From Camelus ferus (Eukaryota), in assembly GCF_009834535.1 (NCBI RefSeq), contig NC_045707.1, positions 53,012,001-53,076,000 of the forward strand: a DNA stretch of 64,000 nucleotides, written 5' to 3'. Below, piece by piece: positions 51,633 through 63,280 of the stretch. The translations under genes were made by a program, and so were the position numbers. Position 1 is the stretch's first letter. The number at the start of each line of letters is the position of its first letter. The notes under the pieces are model-generated. The model saw nothing but the letters and a program-made list of their open reading frames with translations, ran no database searches and was not told the DNA's origin.

Positions 51633-52753
51633 GTAAGGCTCTGTTGGGATCTTTATGACACTGTTTTGACACAGAAACTCTTGGGTGGTGTGAAAGCTGG
51701 AGAAGGTTGTTTGGGGTGTGACCATTATCAGCCCCTTTTCTCTTCCTTTGGCGTATTTCCACGTGATCTCCAGCAGTGAGATGAGGGTGTCCTGGGGGCT
51801 AGACTGCTGCCCGGGGCCAATAACACCCAGGCCAGGCCGCAGGGCTGTAGGTCTGCTCCTGTCCCATCCCTGGGACTGAATTCCGCAGACACTGGAGAGC
51901 AGAGCTGCTTAGGAGCAGGGGGAAGAGTGACTTGAACCCTGCGGACACCAACACCTGGCAGCTGTCTGTCGGCGGTTCCAGGACTTGCCACCCTGGACGG
52001 TGGACTGACTGGGGTGGGAAGGAAGCAGCTGTGTTCGCCAACAGTCACCAGCACAGGTGCCAGAAACTTTCTGGCAAAGTTCTGAAGGTTCCTATTTCCA
52101 GCCTGCTTCGTGGCTCTCGGCAGACAGCCTGATTCAGGAAACGCTTTCTAAAACACTGGCCACCTGCAGTTTGCAAGAGGATTAGTTCAGGGGAGCGATC
52201 CAGATCCTTAATGCCTTTGAAAATAAGTCTCAAGTCCCGCCTGCCAGGGGGAGGGAATGGTCGAAGGAAGCGCTTTCCTCGGTGTTGGCTTGGGAGACAG
52301 ACTCAGTACATTGTCTGGACTTGGTTTTGTGTTACTTGTCTATTAGCCCATGTCCTTTGCTGGCCGGTGGTGGGAGGGACAGGCAGTGGGCGAGCGCCTG
52401 GGAGTGGAGACCGGGACCTGCCATCTCTGGGCCTCGCGGGATGCTCAGCGGAGGGAGACAGTTAACTCCAGATAGAGGCTGGGTACCTTCCTGAGAGGGG
52501 CCTCCGGTTGTGGAAGACAGAAGTCGAGTGCTTGGGTCGTATGCCTTTTAATAACGTGAAGGAGTGGCCTTGGTGAGTCGATGCCCAGGGTGGCCGGCTT
52601 AGTAAGTAAAGGTGTGTGGTTTCTGGCGCTAACTCTGCTGCGAGGAGGCCCCTTGGGAAGCAGCTCCCCCAGGGCCAGGGGCCTGCGAGCTGCCGGTGTG
52701 GGCTCCCAGCTCGGGTCCCAGCGTCCGTGACCTCCTCTCCCTCCTCCCCCCAG

Positions 52754-52829
52754 TGGTCTCCGCTCTGAACAAGGCCTGGTGTGTGAACTGCTTCGCCTGC
52801 TCCACCTGCAACACTAAATTAACGCTCAA
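52754..52829 (+). CDS. LIMS1: Exon 9 (76 nt), LIM5
   Basis: CCCCAG| acceptor, AA|GTAAGT donor; [26 protein letters not shown]. Confidence 0.97.
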
Positions 52830-52995
52830 GTAAGTCCTGAGACTGGAACTCGGGGGGAACCGTGTGCACGTGCCCGTGGAGCTGAGGGAGAATGAGTGGT
52901 CCTCTCTGCTCCTCCTGCCCCGCCTCCTGCAGGGGAGGTGCTCCCTTTAACTGCTCGCTGTTCTTTCTTCTGTTCCTTCTCTGTCCTGCGCGAAG

Positions 52996-53143
52996 GGATA
53001 AGTTTGTTGAAATTGATCTAAAGCCAGTCTGCAAACACTGTTACGAGAAAATGCCAGAAGAATTTAAGAGGCGGCTTGCCAAACGGGAGAGAGAAGCAAA
53101 GGATAAGGACAAGCAGAAAAAGAAAAAGCCCGTCTGTCTGTGA
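52996..53143 (+). CDS. LIMS1: Alternative terminal coding exon A ([48 protein letters not shown]); 336-aa core isoform
   Basis: Branch-like TTTAAC at about 52946-52951, then an AG-free pyrimidine tract and AAG|G acceptor in the phase required by exon 9. Supplies the last CxxC of LIM5. TGA at 53141-53143. Confidence 0.88.
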
Positions 53144-53431
53144 GCTTTCCTGTCCCTCTGCCATCACTTCTGCTGCTTCTTTGGTCAGTCCTTTCAAATA
53201 TGCTTTTGTTCTCTGTTCATCTTTTGCTTTTGAAGTTTATTTCTCCTTGTGTTGGTAGCCGCCAGAGATTGAAATAGAAGTATCTTTCCTGTTCAGAGTT
53301 TACCCTTTTGCATAATTACTAAAATATACACTTCGCTGAGGTCCCCGCTTAATATTGGCTTGTGCTCCACTGATTTCCCTTCACCTATAGACTGTCTCGT
53401 CTCTGTTTGAAATCACGATGTGGTGCACATT

Positions 53432-53455
53432 TCTCTCTCTCTCTCTCTCTCTCTC
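53432..53455 (+). repeat. (TC)12 microsatellite downstream of exon A stop
   Basis: Direct observation. Confidence 0.9.
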
Positions 53456-55112
53456 TTTTTAATGGATTCAAAGGGGAGAATTCTAATCTCTTAATAGATA
53501 TTGGAAAAGCTTTAAAGTATTTTTGTCTGATAAAACCCTTGTTTTTGGTTTCTTTGCCTAAACTAAAATAACCGGTAAATCCAGTGTCACATGCCGAGTT
53601 CTGTGTTGAACTAAACCCTCTCGGCACGTCTCACGTCTAACAGGGACATCTGATGTGCGTAGTAAGCCAGCTGTTACCTTGGGTGCACGTGTTTTCCCGC
53701 CGTGCCCATATGCTACTGGCTAGGAATTCACTTTCTTGATGTTTTCAGACTCTAGTATTTTAGTCCTGATTTTTATGGGGCGTATTTCAGTCTTTGAGAT
53801 TCTCTTCAGTTGCTAGCCTAATTGTCCCAGTTCCTTCATCATTACCGTTGTGTTCTGAGGTTTTGTTTTTATTCTCACGTTTCCTTCCACAAAGAGGAAT
53901 TAAAATTCAAATATAAAACTAAAACAGTGGGAGGTTTGTTTAGCAGCGTTTCTGAGATCGGTGATTCTTTTATCAAAAACATGGCAGTTCTTATACCTTT
54001 TGTTCTAAGAAGACTTTGGGAGAAATTTTTAACTCTGTACTATTTAAATCCAACTGCCAATTGAAATGTGACGTTTGAATTACTGTCAGCATTGGATCTC
54101 TGGAAAACAGAAAACAACTCTTCTGTGGTGCTTCAAAGTAAAACTTCTCATTTTAAATAATGTGGTCAGGAATCAACTTTGTTATTAATGTTGTTCTTTA
54201 AAATTGTATCAGCAGATTTAGTAATTTGTCACAGTTGTGTCATTGGACCTGTCCCACAAATGCTTCCTTAGGGTGATTCTACAGAAAATTAACAAGTTAC
54301 AAAGTTCTGTGTTCACTCAATTACCATTAAGGACCCTACATTTCAGCAGTGATAAACCCTTACAATGGTCAACTGGCAGTGCGTTACTCAGAGTTAGGAG
54401 GCCGTCTGAACCCCTGCCCAGAGCAGTTTTACAAGTACATTGAGTGTTGCCCTGGCGTTTAAAACGCGTTGAGTTCTCCATATAAATTCATGCCATTCAC
54501 AGACGTAACTGCAGGCAGCCTGGCTCACTGGTGCTCTCGGAGGGTGATTTAAGACTTTCTGTCAGCCAGCCCAGATGACCTGTTCTTATTTTAGATTTCT
54601 TAAAGGTGACTGTTGTTGCTGGGGGCGGGAGGTCAGGAAAGACGCAGCCTTACAGCTGCCTCCCTTAAAATACTAAGTAAGATTATTTTGCCTTCAGTAA
54701 AGGGAGGCTCATTCAAACTACAGAAATACAGCTCTCTGCTTTGAGTAACTTCTTGAAGGTGTTCTCGTGGCGCTTTAAAACGTGGTTGACCTTACCTACC
54801 TGCTCACGTTAGGTCCCCCGTGTCCTTAGCACAGAGTGCAGTGCAGCACGCTCTGCCTTCTGCACCACACAGAGAGAGGCGTGAGGTCGGTTCATAAGGA
54901 CAGCTTTTTTCACATGCTGTTATGAATTTGTATGTCTATTATAATGATGAGCACTGAGACTACAGCGTTGCAGGTTTTGCTGACATGAATGTGGACGTGC
55001 TGTATGCAGTGTCTTCATTCACCAGAAAATTACTGCACATTATTTCTGTATCTGTGTACATATGTCGAACACGTTTCTACTAATTTCTTCTCTTTTTAAC
55101 CATTTTCTTTAG

Positions 55113-55227
55113 GAATAAATTTGTGGAGTTTGACATGAAGCCAGTCTGTAAGAAGTGCTATGAGAAATTTCCGCTGGAGCTGAAGAAAAGACTTAAGAAG
55201 CTAGCCGAGACCTTAGGAAGGAAATAA
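55113..55227 (+). CDS. LIMS1: Canonical terminal coding exon B ([37 protein letters not shown])
   Basis: TTTAG|G acceptor, TAA at 55225-55227; matches the canonical PINCH1 C-terminus. Confidence 0.97.
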
Positions 55228-55506
55228 CTGCTTTCAGTTATTGTTTCTCTTCTGTGCAAAGATCAGAGATTACAAGATTGCGTGACCTGATCCACCCTTA
55301 CCTAAAGCTGTATCTCAGAATAGCTGAAAGTAGAGAGGACCAGGAATGGTTTACTTCATCTCCTTTTTCTCGTTAAAAAAGAAAAAAGTTTGTGGAATCA
55401 AATTTTAAAAATGGATGAAATCAAGATTTGCCTTTGTTCATAACCCTTGTCAGTGTGCTGAAATGTAGGCTTAATAGCAAAAAAAAAAAAGTTAATGCTA
55501 AATTTT

Positions 55507-55512
55507 AATAAA
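55507..55512 (+). terminator. Proximal polyadenylation signal AATAAA
   Basis: Hexamer 280 nt after the stop, with ATTAAA at 55522-55527. Confidence 0.5.
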
Positions 55513-57721
55513 GGTCCAAAGATTAAATATAACTTTTAAAAGTGAAAGTAGGGAGTTAGCTTTTACGGGACTCAGATAAAAAATATGAACCTTATTTTGA
55601 GTTCAAGGTAAATAATTACAAGTGCAGTTGGAGAGGATATAGGAAAGAAAAATAACCAGCCAAGAAAAACAAATCTCACAGAATCTCAGTACGTTTATTG
55701 GACTACTGGCTGTAAGACGAATACGCACGTTACTAAGACAAGAAGCAGGTCTATTCAGAACTACTTGACTTGGGGATTTTTGTCGTCATTGTTAAATGCA
55801 GTAATTATTATGCTTAGTTTTATATTTTGTTCTCCTTGTTAACTTCTTCATACAATTACTTAACATAGTAGTTACAGCTAGCTAATAGTATTCCTTTTTA
55901 AATTTTGTGCAAAAAAATTTATACTAGGTATTTGAAAATACAGTGTACTTTACAATTTTGGAAAAATGAAGTATTTTTTAATGCAGTACAGCAATTATGC
56001 GTCTAAGCTTAAGGTCAAAGATGTAGTCTTAGGACATGAAATTAAATCTGATGTAGTTTGGAATGTATTGCTTAAAAAGTGAATGTATATGTATCAGTCA
56101 TATTGCCTTTATAACCATGCTAGTATCTATGCTTTATACATAATCAAACTTGCGTTGCCTTAGAAAAATACATACATTAATCAGGAATTCTAGCTGTTTC
56201 ACACAGTACAAACCAAAAATAAGTGCTAAGTGCACTGACTGAGATTTGTAAACTCAAATTCATTTGCCACAGCTATGAGTATATTAAGAATATTTTTCTC
56301 CTTTTTGGGGAAACACGTTGAGATTAATTTCTGTGATCTCATTAGGAGAGAATGATGTTGCTATGAATTTCAAGTTTTTCATTACAAATCATTTACTATA
56401 AGTAGGAGGTATAAGTGACACTTCTAAATTGGAAGAGGGATGTTTAAGGGCCGATTTTAGGTCGAAAGTAGTGAATTATTTTATTTGGTAAAAAGTTTTG
56501 TCCTGATGTGTCTGGACCATTCTTTCTCCATAAATGTGTATGCAAAGCAGATTCTGTGAACATTTTTTAAATGTTACTGCTGCTGTGTTATGTAAAAGAT
56601 TCAGTTGCCAAGATGGACCTCTAAGGTGAAAATTATGGGTTTTTCCAAAAATTTCTGAAATACTGTTTTGCCATTTAAAAAAAAAAAACTCAGGATGCTA
56701 CCAGTCTGCCATTAAATATTTGTATGCATGTATTTTTTTTAAAGTTTGTGCATGCACTTTACAGAGTAAATTCTATCTCAGTTTTCAAATAACTTATAAC
56801 CAATTACTTTATTTTTTAGTGTTCTTTTAGGGTTCAAAGAATTATCAGTGATGGAAAATAATCAATATACAGTTTAAGACTATGTGCTCAGAGGTCTGAT
56901 ACAGTCTTTGCATTTGAAGCAAGAATTGAAATCACTTCCATGTGCCTTTGGCAGCAATAGATGACCAGCAACGAAAGTCTTCAGCATATTTGTTAAATAC
57001 TATACTGTGGTTACAGGCAAAATAGTGCAGGGTTTGCTGCCTGGAGCCTTGTTGCTGAATTCTCAGATACTCCCCACCCTGGAATCCGGGGCAGAAAACG
57101 CCCACTTACCTGTGTTCTCGATCAAGTGGATGCAGCGTGGGCTGAACCCACTGGTTGGTTCACATCTCGTGTCCAGAAGTCCCACTGCTCACTCTGCTCT
57201 TGAAGTGTTAGTTCACACTTCCAGTGCTGTTGGGGGTTTTATCCAAACACACTTTCTTCTTTGACAGGGTATTGCTGGGCCCTTACACGTGGGAAGCGGG
57301 GAGGGGTGGGGAGGCTGTCAGTGAAACAGAGGACAAACTGCTGGAGTTCACAGCATTTTCCATGGAAAAACTCAGGCTAGAGAGCATCTCCTTGTTTAAA
57401 GTCCTAAAGTGGCCTGAAATCACTTTCTGTTCTTACCAGATTTCTGAGTGTTCTTTCTAAGTCTAGGATAATTGGGAAAATGCCTAGGTACGAGTAAGAC
57501 AGTCTTTGGATCACTTTCAAAGCCTTATTAACATTGTAACTGAAGTGGTAGGTCATTTTGCTTCATTTATTTGCCAAAATAACGATTTCCAGGTTAGGAA
57601 AGTTGTGAGGTAAGCTCACAGCATTCTTGTAGTATCTCATTTTAGACTGTCAGCTCAGTGGCAGGGACACTGTATCAGTAACTTTTTATAGGGCAACCAT
57701 CACAGTGTACTCTTTGTGCTT

Positions 57722-57727
57722 AATAAA
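57722..57727 (+). terminator. Distal polyadenylation signal AATAAA
   Basis: Hexamer followed about 25-45 nt later by GT/T-rich sequence (TGTTGTGCATTGTTT). Confidence 0.6.
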
Positions 57728-57834
57728 TGCTCATAATGATTCAGAATAACCTGTTGTGCATTGTTTAGCTTCCGTGGCTTTGAGACATGGAACTGTGAGA
57801 AGACAGGACTAGTGCTTAAGAAAAGGGTGTCTTG

Positions 57835-58378
57835 GAAACAACCTGTGTCTGTGGATGGATGAATGAATAAAGAAGGTGTGGTGTGTACACGATGGAATAT
57901 TATTTAACCATAAACAAGTGGGGAATCTGGCCACTTGAGCAACGTGGATGGGACACAATGCTGACTAAGTGAAATGAGTCAGAGAAAGACAAATATTTGT
58001 CTTGTATGACCTCACTTACATGTGAAATCTTAACAAAAAACAAAAAAGCTCATAGATCCAGAGGACAGACTGGTGGTTGCCAGAGGCAGGGTGGAGGGGT
58101 GGGGGTGGGCAAAGCGGGTGAAGGGGCAGGCAGTACAGACTTGCAGTTGTGAAGTAAGTCTTAGAGAGGTCACGTCCAGCATGGGCACAGCTATTGGTAA
58201 CGTTGCTAAGAGAGTAGGTCTTAAAAGTTCTCATCACAGGGGAAGTTTCTAGCCCTGATGGATGTTAACTGGACATTGTGGGGTCATTTTGCAGTGGGTA
58301 CCAGTTTGGAATCATGACGTTGTGCACCTGAAACTAATACAATGTTATATGTCAGTTGTACTTCAATTTTTAAAAAAG
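57835..58378 (+). mobile_element. LINE-1 (L1MA-like) 3' end
   Basis: GGATGAATGAATAAAGAAGGTGTGG; CTAAGTGAAATGAGTCAGAGAAAGACAAATA; CACCTGAAACTAATACAATGTTATATGTCA. Confidence 0.88.
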
Positions 58379-58437
58379 AGAGTTCCAAGTTTTAAAAAAA
58401 AAAAAACTTGCTTAGATTTTCATTTACTTTTTAAAGC

Positions 58438-58550
58438 TTTTGGCGAGGGTATTAGTTTTATTTACTTATTTAAAAATTTTTTTTTAATGAAGATACTGGG
58501 ACCTTGTGTGTGCAAAGCACGCACTCTACCACTGAGCTATACCTTCCCCC
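58438..58550 (-). mobile_element. Vic-1-like SINE with internal deletion
   Basis: GCACGCACTCTACCACTGAGCTATACCTTCCCC is the reverse complement of the SINE 5' end. Confidence 0.82.
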
Positions 58551-60019
58551 ACAAAAAGCCCTTTCAAGCTTTTCCTGTGTGTAGTTTTCTCCTGGAACAC
58601 TGTCTTTAAGTAGCTCTGTATGTAAGTCCCCGTAGAAATGTCAGACATCCTCTGGGTTCACAGAGCGGCTTCTTTGCAGGTGACACTGTCATTTAATCCT
58701 GACACCACCAGCTCCTTGACAGCACGGGGTGTGATGCTATGTTGGCCTTTGGGGTTGCACCACTGAGAAGTGGCACTACCAGAATCCACGTAGTGTGTCC
58801 ACGTTTCTACTGTTACTCTGGGGTGGGGGGTGAAAAATTCAGGTATTCTTGAATATATCAGAGAACCTTTATATGTATGGATGAAAATGGTAAGGTTACT
58901 GTGAATGAGGCAAACCTTGGAACCCTTGGACTGGAGGGGGAGTCTTCCCACTGTTCACTGTAAATTCTGATCTGTTTTAGTTCTGGGGCGGGGGGATGCC
59001 TGCCTTCACGGCACTCAGGCAGCCAGGGCGCTGTGTGTGGTGCGCTCACTGCCGGTGCCCCAGGCGCTGCATCCTTCCCGGCTGACTAATCCCAGCCCTG
59101 CACCCCTTTTCCTCACCTGGGCAGGTGCAGTCTTCCTTCCCTCCTCCCCAAGCAGGAGGGACGGGAAGCTGCAGCACCACGTGGACGCCGTCATGGGACG
59201 AGCCAGCGTAGGGTCTGCAGAATCACAGCACCCTCCTCCCGCGGAGGGGGAGGGGAGTTTTCCCAGAGCTGGACTCCCGAGGAGGATGCCAGGTAGTGGA
59301 CAGGAGGGGCCGGGAAAGGGTGGGTGGCCTAGGCCCTCTTCCATTTCCTGTTTTCTCCCTTTCCCTTAGTGGGGTCACCGTCTGTCCAGGCTTCTCAGCT
59401 AACGTCCAGCTGACTTCTCTCCTTCCCTCCCAACAACCTCCATGTGTCCACCAAGCAGAGTGCTCTCAAACCCAGCCCCTGCCCGCCGCCAAGCTGCCCT
59501 CCCTCTGCCCTGACCTCCAGGCACCCGTCACTCACTCGCTCCTGCTTTGTGACCTGGGTTTGGTGCACTGGGCCAGCAGGTCCCAGCCTGTGGTTGCCTG
59601 TTTTCTCCCAACTGCCAGTGCCCATCACACAGGGTTCAATGTCTTTCCCATATTGTCACCTGCCCTCCTGAAACACAGATACCCTTCTCACTTTTGAGAC
59701 TCAGCACAAATCCAACACATTTTAGAACACTTCATCACTTCTCCAAGCAAAACCAGCACTCTTCCTTTCCCCTTAACTAACCCTCCACTCACACCTCTGA
59801 CTCCCAGGCTGTTAGACACTGTGTGTATCTGTGTTCCCCCTAGGCGGTTGGCTCCACAGCCTCCTTGCCGCTCACAGGAGGAGCGCAGCGACTGCTGCAT
59901 CCTTGGCAAAGCACACTCTGCCCTTAACCAGTTTCCAGCATTCCATGAAGCTATCCTAACTTTTCAGCTCAGAGCCAGCAGCGCCCCCAGCCCCAACTGG
60001 CCCCTGGGACTCACACATG

Positions 60020-60312
60020 CGGTGACAGATCATGTTAACATCTTTATTTTCATTCATCTCAAGGTATTTTCTAGCTTCCCTTGTGACTCCTCCTTTGACT
60101 CAGTGGTTGTTTTAGAAGTTGGTTGTTAATTTGCACGTATTTGTAAGTCTCACCTCTCTCTGTAACTGATTCCTAATTTCATTCTATTGTTGTGAGAAAA
60201 CATACTTCATATGATTTCAGTCCTTTTACACGTGCTGAGGCTTGTCTCATGCCCTGGCATGTGGTCTCTGCTGGAGAACATTACACATGTACTTAAATGT
60301 TCTTATTCTGCC
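60020..60312 (-). mobile_element. LINE-1 ORF2-region fragment
   Basis: TTCCTAATTTCATTCTATTGTTGTGAGAAAACATACTTCATATGATTTCAGTCCTTTT; CTGGAGAACATTACACATGTAC. Confidence 0.7.
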
Positions 60313-60463
60313 TTAAAATGTAGATTTTATTTTATCACAACAAATAGCCTAATTAAAATATAGGCAACAAGACAAAAGAGTTTACCAAACAAGAGTTACT
60401 GATGGCAAATGTGCCTATGAGAGAATCTTCAACAATATTACCTTATAGGGGCTAAAATAAAAC

Positions 60464-61073
60464 TGCTACTGAATGACACTTGGGCCCATTCGCCCACAGT
60501 CAGTAAAGCCAGTCTACTGACCCCAGGTTGTGGTGAAGGAAGGTACAGCGTTTACTGCAGGTGCCAAGCAAGGAGTCCGAGCAGCTGGTGCTTAAAAAAT
60601 CTGAAGCCCCTGCAGGCTTTCAGGGAAAGGTTTTTAACAACAGAGGAGGGAGGGGGCTGTGGGGTGCATGAGCAGCACCAGACATTGTTCTGATTGGTCA
60701 GTGGCGAGGTCATCAGGAGTCAACATCATCAACTTTCTGCTTCCCACCCATCTGGGGTCCCCGTGCTTGTGGACAGCACAGTTAACTCCTTCCAGCTGGT
60801 GGGGGTCTCAGTGTCTGCAAAACAGCTCCAGGGACGTGACTCAGAATATTATCTATAACCTTCAGGAGGAACTAAAGGTCCTTGACTTTGTTTAACGGCT
60901 AAACTATCGTTATTTTGTCTTGCTTGACGGTTTTCCTTTGTTTTTGCATTTTTTCATTTCTCTGATTCAGTTTATTCTTTGGAACTCAGAGAAGGTCTAC
61001 AGACAAGAGGCAGGTGAAGGACAGGGGGGTGGGGTTGTCCTGGGAAGGCCCCAGAGGCTCCTGCTTGGCTACA
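60464..61073. mobile_element. ERV1-class solo LTR, 610 bp
   Basis: TG...CA termini with 4-bp TSD AAAC (60460-60463 / 61074-61077). Confidence 0.85.
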
Positions 61074-61300
61074 AAACCATGTGCAGTCCTGCTACACACT
61101 TTTTAGAATGGCTTAAATGTAACAATACTGACAATACCAAGTGATGACTAAGGTGCAGAGCAATCAGATTTCTCACACGTCCCTGCTGGGAATGCAGAAT
61201 GAGATGGCCGCCCTACAAAACAGTTTGACAGTTTCCTAAAGTTACACATAACACCCACCGTGGGGCCCAACAGTCCCACACCTGAATCTTTACTTTAGAA

Positions 61301-61519
61301 CAGGTGTGAGCAAAGTTATCCTTAAAGGACCAGATAATAAATATTTTAGGCTTACAGGACACAGGTCTCTGTCACAACTAACTACTCAACTCTGTCACTG
61401 GAGCACAAAACAGCCGTAGGACACCACATAAACAAATGGGCATGGCCGTGTTGCAGGAAATTTTCATTTGCAAAAATAGGCAACCAGCCCACACATAGGA
61501 CTTTGTTTGCAAACCCTTG
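61301..61519 (+). mobile_element. MER58A-like hAT MITE
   Basis: CAGGTGTGAGCAAA...AAAGGACCAGATAATAAATATTTTAGGCTT...TTTGCAAACCCTTG with imperfect TIRs. Confidence 0.85.
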
Positions 61520-62799
61520 CCCTAAAGAAATGAAAACTTGTGCTCACTGAAAAACACATATACAAATGTTTACAGCAGCTCTGTTCTCAGAATCACCCGA
61601 AACTGTAACAACCCAAATGCCCTACAGCTGGTAAATGGATAACCCCGTGGTACATTCACACTGTGGAACATTACTCAGCAATGGCAAAGAATGAACTAGT
61701 GATTATGCAAAAACTTGGATGAATTTCAAAGGCAGTACGCTGAGTGAAAGAAGCCAGTATCAAAACACTGTATGATTCCAACCATAAGATATTCTCGAAG
61801 AGACAAAACTACAGTGTGGAATCAGGGCAAGGGACGAGTGCAGGGCGTGACTCTAATGCCGTCACCTGACCCAGGTTGGGGGTGATGGAATCAGCTGCAT
61901 CCTGTGGTTGTGATTACACAAATCTATGCATGTCTTAAAATTCATAAAACTACACACACCCCAAATGGGTCATTTTTCTATATGATTATTTACCCCAAAT
62001 ACCAGCATCAGTTCTATTAAGAAGATAGTAATTATGACTTTGTACCTCATTTCTTTACCACCTAAGCCCTCAGCTGTTTGCAGGCTGGTTTTTGCCTGCA
62101 CCGTTTCTTTCAAAAACCAACTTTCAGGAAGCAAGTTGTCGGTGGCTCGGTATCATGTACACACGAACACCGTGTGGAGAGAAGCGAAGCAGTTCTCTAT
62201 TGATTCTTAGAAAAGGGTTTATAAAGGATATGCACGATGCCTCACATATCATCTAAGTTATAACAATATTAATAATCTTAAACTATTTAGGTCCCCAAGC
62301 TCCTGCAGTAAGCACAGGATGTTACATGATCAAGGACAGACTGTTTGAAAGTTCATCAGGAAACTTCATTAAGTAGGCCATCTCTTGTCCAGCCGGCTGT
62401 GCCTATCTTAGGTTGTCCTCCTCTGAGGAGCTCACCCGTCACTGGCTATCCAGCCATCCATACTGGATACATTAAGTAGGCCATTTCTTACCAGCCTGGA
62501 TACGTGACATTCCTCACAGCTTGTTTATCAGTTCAACCTACGGCTATTCTCTAGAGCTTTCAGACAGGGGCCTACATAAGTCTAAAGAATTTATCTCAGT
62601 CACCTTTCCTGACCTCTCTGCAGCGTTGTTATGCTGTCGATTATTCTCTCCTCAGAGTTTTGTTCTAGCTTCTGAGATGCTGTACTTTTTGGCATTTCTG
62701 ACAGTGCCACTGACTGCTACACGTAATACTGTTCTCCAACACAACCTGTTCTCTTTAAGTTCACCATCTGAACAAGAAGTACTAGAACTGTTCAGAGCT

Positions 62800-63280
62800 T
62801 CGCTGCACAACACACCAAACACACAGGGCACTCGAGTACTTGAAATGGAGCAAGTGCATTCAGCTGAGCAGCTGAATTTTTAACTCGATTAAATTTTAAT
62901 TAATTTAAAATGTAAAGCTTGATATGCATTTCGGTTATTGACAAATTCCAGGTATGTCTGGAACAACTTGGGTAAATGAATCTATTTTTTTCCACCCTAC
63001 ATTTTATGAAATCTAAACACAGATTCAATTTCCATAGACCAGATTGTGAATGCTTGGTACAGAAAAAAGAATGTAAGATCGCTTACTAACAATCTGTTTA
63101 TATTAACTGCATGTTGAAATTATGTTTTAAACATAGTGGGTTAAATAATTATAATTACATAATTATAATAATAATTATTAAAATTATATTCATCTGTTCC
63201 TTCTTGCTTTTTAAAGTGCGGCTTCTAGAGAATTTTAAATTGTATGTTGGGTCACAGTTATATTTATCCTGGGCAGCACT
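62800..63280. mobile_element. Charlie1/MER33-like hAT fossil
   Basis: GAGTACTTGAAATG...CTGAATTTTTAA...TTTTAATTAATTTAAA; end TTATATTTATCCTGGGCAGCACTG. Confidence 0.65.

Larger units (their letters stand above)
9978..57745 (+). other. LIMS1: LIMS1 (PINCH1) gene span visible in window; further upstream first exons may lie outside
   Basis: Spliced exons encode five tandem LIM domains ([13 protein letters not shown]... to ...[11 protein letters not shown]). CDS from ATG 41903 sums to 156+67+121+150+151+93+49+76+115 = 978 nt, i.e. 325 aa + stop. The 3' end is estimated from AATAAA at 57722. Confidence 0.95.
55228..57745 (+). other. LIMS1: Long AT-rich 3' UTR of exon B
   Basis: Follows the stop codon, AT-rich with no recognisable interspersed repeats until L1 at about 57835. 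End inferred from the distal AATAAA. Confidence 0.6.
60335..61990 (+). mobile_element. Old LINE-1 carrying nested LTR and MER58 insertions
   Basis: ACTGACAATACCAAGTGATG; GCTGGGAATGCAGAATG; GGATGAATTTCAAAGGCAGTACGCTGAGTGAAAGAAGCCAGT. Confidence 0.8.

Noticed and set aside
53129..53143. CaaX prenylation signal in exon A tail
   Set aside because: Cys is second from the C-terminus (PVCL), not fourth.
41899..55227. LIMS2, or a LIMS3-type partial duplicate
   Set aside because: C-terminus [11 protein letters not shown], the N-terminal exons and all five LIM domains fit full-length LIMS1.
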